DNA of 63,884 nucleotides, counting the filler, from Basidiobolus meristosporus CBS 931.73 (Eukaryota > Fungi > Basidiobolomycota): assembly GCA_002104905.1 (NCBI GenBank). It is 3 parts of 3 records of this genome, joined end to end, with 100 filler letters (N's around TTAATTAATTAA, not from the genome) between each part and the next. Parts side by side here need not be neighbours in the genome. Positions count along the whole stretch, not along the records: positions 56,285 to 63,884 come from MCFE01001352.1; 2 more parts are not named here. The stretch is one strand, 5' to 3'. Positions 59,474 to 63,884 of the stretch are shown here, one piece after another. The notes beneath the pieces are model-generated. The model was given only the letters and a program-made list of their open reading frames with translations. It was not told where the DNA came from and did no database searches. Numbering within the stretch: the stretch's first letter is position 1; every line of letters begins with the position of its first letter. The translations under genes were made by a program, and so were the position numbers.

Positions 59474-59887
59474 CTAATCCACAGATTCCCCCCTAGCAGT
59501 CATGGCTTTTTTGGACCATGCCTTACAAGTCATCATATGTGGATGCAGGCGTCTGTCTTCCTCGGTAGCATTAGCAGTCCATAGAAGTCGTCGAAATACT
59601 GTTAAATAATTCCGAGGGGCGTTTGCACCATTCCATAAATTATTGTTCTTTCCGTAGGTATTAAAGCGCTCATACAGCTCATGGGCTGTAAGTTCAGGCT
59701 TCTGGAAATCTGCAACTGTTCGAAGCCCAATCTCCCAGAATTGGCTACAAGTTTTTGGAGTAATCTTGAATAAATCTCTGAGCAAATCCATCTGTTTGGA
59801 TTGACACAGTTCATCCATGCTTCCAACTTTTTCCTTCAGAGAAACAACCTTTCCCCGGTTTTTCCTGGGCTTTTTAAGCTTAGGCAT
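59474..59887 (-). CDS. Small basic protein, 137 aa, helix-hairpin-helix domain resembling Cdd1 (pathogenicity locus)/TfoX C-terminal proteins
   Basis: LRDLFKITPKT...IGLRTVADF, then ELYERF and LTVFRR..W..A pattern; Lys-rich N-terminus; first ATG after an AT-rich intergenic stretch. Confidence 0.55.
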   Translation of the reverse strand: MPKLKKPRKNRGKVVSLKEKVGSMDELCQSKQMDLLRDLFKITPKTCSQFWEIGLRTVADFQKPELTAHELYERFNTYGKNNNLWNGANAPRNYLTVFRRLLWTANATEEDRRLHPHMMTCKAWSKKAMTARGESVD

Positions 59888-60041
59888 TTGGCAACACTCT
59901 GGGAAGAAGTATATACTGTACTTATTTATATTTATTGAATGATAATTGGTATAATACAAATACAGAATAGATGATTTACTAATAAGATTGATCATTGATA
60001 AAAATAAAAATACACTGTTGCTTGATTGACATGCGCTCAAC

Positions 60042-60911
60042 CTAACGACGATTGCCTATCTCGGAGCGCCATGTACGAGCTCTTTCAAAACCATTCATTC
60101 CCATGCGATAGTCTATGAATGTTCGTTGAATGTCACTTGAATGATTCATGACAAATGGTCCGTATTGAACAACGGGTTCTTTGATGGGCTCGCCAGCAAC
60201 AAGTACAAAATGCACTCCACTATCCTTGGTTTCGATGCTAACTGACCCACCCTCCTCGCTTAGGGTCAGAGTATGGTGTGCTTTCCCAAGAGTATTCTTT
60301 GATCCGAAGTAGCCCTCGCCTTCCAGGATATACAAGAAACCTTGGTAGCTCTCTGGGATGACCTGCTCAAATTTGGAATTCTTCTCAACCTTGAAGTCCA
60401 GGTACATAGTTGGGGTTTTCGTAACCACCGGACTGCTCACTCCGAATGAGTGGCCGGCAATAACCTTAATCACTGCATCCACACCTGGAGGGGATACCCT
60501 AGGGATTTCCTTGTCCAGTAGCTCCTGATAGCGAGGCTCGCACATTTTCTCAGTAGCGCTCAGATTCACCCAGAGCTGCAAGCCTCGGCATTTCGTTTGT
60601 GGCATTTCCGCATGAACGATACCACGCCCAGCAGTCATCCATTGAAGATCGCCTGGTCCGATCTCCCCCTTGTGGCCAGCGAAGTCTTCGTGAGCAACTA
60701 TCCCCTCGAGCATATAAGTAACAGTCTCGAAACCACGATGTGGATGATCTGGGAATCCAGCAGGAGGCTCGACCATGAACTCATCAAGCATCAAGAAAGG
60801 ATCGAAATTCTCGAGCTCGCTAGTCCCGATGCTTCTTCTGACAGTGGCACCATCTCCCTCAGATTGGGCGATGGCTTCTACTTGACTTGTAACGTATCTT
60901 TGAGCGGCCAT
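60042..60911 (-). CDS. Pirin, 289 aa, intronless
   Basis: QSEGDGATVRRSIG, DPFLMLDEF, GFPDHPHRGFETVTY, GDLQWMTAGRGIVHAEMP, GLQLWVNL, GEPIKEPVVQYGPFVMN; metal ligands H/H/H/E present. Start at MAAQRY. Confidence 0.95.
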   Translation of the reverse strand: MAAQRYVTSQVEAIAQSEGDGATVRRSIGTSELENFDPFLMLDEFMVEPPAGFPDHPHRGFETVTYMLEGIVAHEDFAGHKGEIGPGDLQWMTAGRGIVHAEMPQTKCRGLQLWVNLSATEKMCEPRYQELLDKEIPRVSPPGVDAVIKVIAGHSFGVSSPVVTKTPTMYLDFKVEKNSKFEQVIPESYQGFLYILEGEGYFGSKNTLGKAHHTLTLSEEGGSVSIETKDSGVHFVLVAGEPIKEPVVQYGPFVMNHSSDIQRTFIDYRMGMNGFERARTWRSEIGNRR

Positions 60912-61334
60912 GAGTGTGTCTGTTGCTGAAATTGAAAGTACGATTGATGAGAGAGACCATTCAATTTGGAGGCTTTTATACTTACGATCCATGGGTAAAT
61001 ATACCATATTTGGTATGGCGGATTGGTCAACGCTCGGAATAATCCCCATTTGTATGCATATATTTCCGGAAGCACCGGCTGACACCAACAAATAGTCAAA
61101 TGCACGAAATCCGCATAATTTAACCACGGATTATTCAGCCTCGGCGAACCAGTTTTTTTTGATTTTTTCAGGTGGAATTTTGATTTTCTTGATTTCCGAA
61201 CTGATCTTATTGAGTAAGAAAGAAAAGAAAAAAAAATCATGCTTCGGTTGGTGTAGCTGGTTGAAGTCACGGATTCGTTCGAGTCGTTTGGCTAGTTCAC
61301 GTATTTTGTGGTTTATCGATTCTCTTCAACGTAA

Positions 61335-63168
61335 ATGAGCACCAAAATATCGAGAAAACGTGGTCTCTCCAACGAGGGCCTGGCTAACAGAGAGAAGAAG
61401 GCGAAGGAGGCGGATGAATTAGAGCTCGAGGCTTTAGTGTTTGGTGGTGACGAAGAGATATGGAAAAATGCTGGTCACGAATTAAGCGACGTGGAGAGTG
61501 TCGAGGAGGAGGAGAGTGGCGATGAGCAAACCAGTCTTGAGGGTTTGGAAAGTGATCAAGTATGTTACCACCCCTACGTCTTGTTCCTCTGTGTTTTCTT
61601 TCAATTTTAGCTAATCTGAAGGGTACTTTCTTTTGAATCTTAGCTCTTCTACATGGATAGCGGTCCAGCTCCCACAGAACAAGAGGATAGCGAGGAGGAG
61701 TCCGAGGAGGAGACTCCTGACGAGCAATCAGCCTCAGCTGCTTGGGAAGATGAAGACGATGATGAGCTTGAAATCTCAGTCGCTAGCAAGAGAACTTTAC
61801 GTAAGCTCCGAACCACCGAAGAGGAGGATGTGTTAACAGGAAGAGAATACGAGCAAAGACTTCGTCAGCAGTAAGCATTAAGAATCATTGGATACTCTTA
61901 ATACCTGGTCGAGCTCACAAGCGGAATTTTCCCCAAGGTTTGAGAAGATCCACCCCACTCCTGCTTGGGCCGATGGTGATGTTTATGACAGTGAAGATGA
62001 GGATGTCGAGAATCTACAAATCCTTCGTAGCACCAATGGCTTCTTGAAAAAGCAGAAGTCCAAGGTGTTGCCGAAGGATGCTCTGGAGATTACCCGACTA
62101 CGCAACGCAAATCAAAAAGGATATTCACAAGTAAGTTTGAAGCCACTGAACACGCCCAAATCCGATCTCTAACAAGCGGCCGTTCCACTTGAACAGAGTG
62201 TTATCCAATCAGTGGAGTTCCATCCCAACGCCCAGGTACTCCTCACTGCCGGATTCGATAAGACCCTTCGACTCTTCCAAATCGATGGCAAAATCAACAA
62301 CAAAATCCAATCTGTACACTTCAAGGACTTGCCAATCCATCAGGCTGCCTTCACCCCAGAGGGCAACCAGATCCTACTCTCAGGTAGACGCAAGTACTTC
62401 TATGCGTACGATGTGGAGGCAGGTCAGATCACAAAGATCTCCGGCATCCGAGGACGCGAGGAAAAATCCCTGGAGAAGTTCAAGGTCTCGCCAGATGGTG
62501 AATACATTGCTTTCCAAGGACGCGAGGGATACATTGTTTTGGTATCGCAGCGAACCAAGCAGTGGGTAGCCAACTTGAAGATGAATGGTCAAGTGAGATC
62601 CATCGATTGGTCAGCAGATGGTCGTTACTTGTACTCCATCGGTACAGACACCGAGATCTATCAATGGGATATGAAGACCATGCGTTGCATGAAAAAGTTC
62701 CCTGACTACGGAGGCTACAGACCCAGCATCATTTCGGTTTCCAACACCAATGGCTACTATGCCTGCGGGTACGTTATCTAGTGGAATCTGATGACCCTTC
62801 AGTACCAACTAACCAATTGTCCACGTAGTTCTCAATCCGGTATCGTCAACATTTACGAGTCAGCCAGTCTTCAGAGCACCGACAGCCCCCAGCCAGTCAA
62901 GTCGATCATGAACTTGACAACCAACGTGACCGCCATGAAATTCAACCACGACTCACAAATCCTGGGCATCTCCAGTCGCGCCAAGAAAGACCAGTTCCGA
63001 CTGGTCCACATGCCTTCCATGACTGTGTTCAACAACTGGCCAACACACGGCACTCCGCTCAGCTACGTGAACGCCTTTGACTTCTCACCGGAGAGTGGCT
63101 ATTTGGCCATCGGTAATGATAAAGGAAAGGTGTTGTTGTATCGTTTGGGACACTATCCTGTTGCTTAG
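61335..63168 (+). CDS. UTP18: U3 snoRNA-associated WD40 protein Utp18, 518 aa; join(61335..61559,61644..61870,61938..62130,62197..62768,62829..63168)
   Basis: Four GT-AG introns give an in-frame 1557-nt CDS; GREYEQRLRQQFEKIHPTPAWA, VEFHPNAQVLLTAGFDKTLRLFQIDGK, RLVHMPSMTVFNNWP..TPL, FSPESGYLAIGNDKGKVLLYRL.HY. Confidence 0.93.
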
Positions 63169-63587
63169 GAGTCATCGTTCGATCGTATTCATTCTCTCCA
63201 GTCACCATCTTCATGTAGCCTAGAATTCACACCCTACTCCAGTGAACAGACTGAAAACCCCTCTACCGCGCCTTTATGTTATTTATTTCTCTTAAATAGA
63301 CCCTTTATTTATAATGAAACTTCAAGGAGGAAACTTGGACTTTCGCATGCTATTGTAACGCACCTCTCAACCACTAGAGATCAGAATAAAACTCTTCGGA
63401 ATATCAAGTTTTCTGGATGTGGGCCATTTTGGATTAAGGTTTATTGGAATTCAACGTATCAGTGAAAGGTAGCTGAAGATCGGATAGTAGTGAGGAATGT
63501 AGTGTTGGTTTTGATATGTGATGCAGATGAATTTACACATTCGAACGAAACAACGAAGTCGGACGTTTTGGGGCTCGAGTAGATGGT

Positions 63588-63884
63588 TTACTCAGCAGCC
63601 ATCATCTTCTTGATCTCAGCAATGGCTCTACCAGGGTTCAAACCCTTGGGGCAGGTTCTGGCACAGTTCATGATTGTATGGCAACGGTACATGCTGAAGG
63701 GGTTCTGCAACTTCTCGCGACGCTCAGGTCCAAATTCGTCTCTAGAGTCGATCATCCAGCGGTAGGCCTGCATTAAGACCGCGGGGCCAAGGTACTCGTC
63801 TTGATTCCACCAGTAGGAAGGACATGAGGTAGAGCAACAAGCGCAAAGAATACATTCGTACAGGCCATCCAGCTTCTTACGGTC
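63588..63884 (-). CDS. SDH2: Succinate dehydrogenase iron-sulfur subunit, 3' part (runs off the window)
   Basis: [66 protein letters not shown]. Confidence 0.98.
   Translation of the reverse strand, partial: DRKKLDGLYECILCACCSTSCPSYWWNQDEYLGPAVLMQAYRWMIDSRDEFGPERREKLQNPFSMYRCHTIMNCARTCPKGLNPGRAIAEIKKMMAAE

Noticed and set aside
59888-60040. N-terminal extension of ORF 59474..60040
   Set aside because: TTG start in very AT-rich intergenic sequence; the first ATG (59887) gives a coherent protein.
60912-61127. N-terminal extension of the pirin ORF
   Set aside because: Pirin homology starts at MAAQRY (60911); upstream is promoter/UTR with a non-ATG start.
63583-63765. Plus-strand 60-aa ORF
   Set aside because: Antisense to SDH2.

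Overview
Eukaryotic, almost certainly fungal, genomic DNA (short GT-AG introns, SDH2/UTP18 orthologs); the lineage cannot be fixed from sequence alone. Most of the window (~6.9-57.1 kb) is a host-gene-free, CpG-depleted island of nested transposons. It holds five copies of a 3.4-kb two-ORF PHIS-superfamily (PIF/Harbinger/ISL2EU-like) DNA transposon with 11-bp TIRs and AWT target duplications, one with both ORFs intact. It also holds many CCCTA-ended CACTA/CMC elements (three nested in each other) and a 319-bp MITE, a Ty1/Copia family with ~350-bp LTRs including a ~5.6-kb fold-back inversion, and two ~1-kb solo LTRs. Near the centre is a 34/40-bp satellite built on a CCTGGAGTCCAGG palindrome with higher-order structure. 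A four-finger C2H2 gene lies near the left end. At the right end are a secreted Vgb-like beta-propeller gene, a small helix-hairpin-helix (Cdd1/TfoX-C-like) gene, pirin, UTP18 and the 3' part of SDH2. Two 100-bp scaffold gaps carry an artificial TTAATTAATTAA linker. All alignments were done by eye; family names rest on motif recognition, not database searches.
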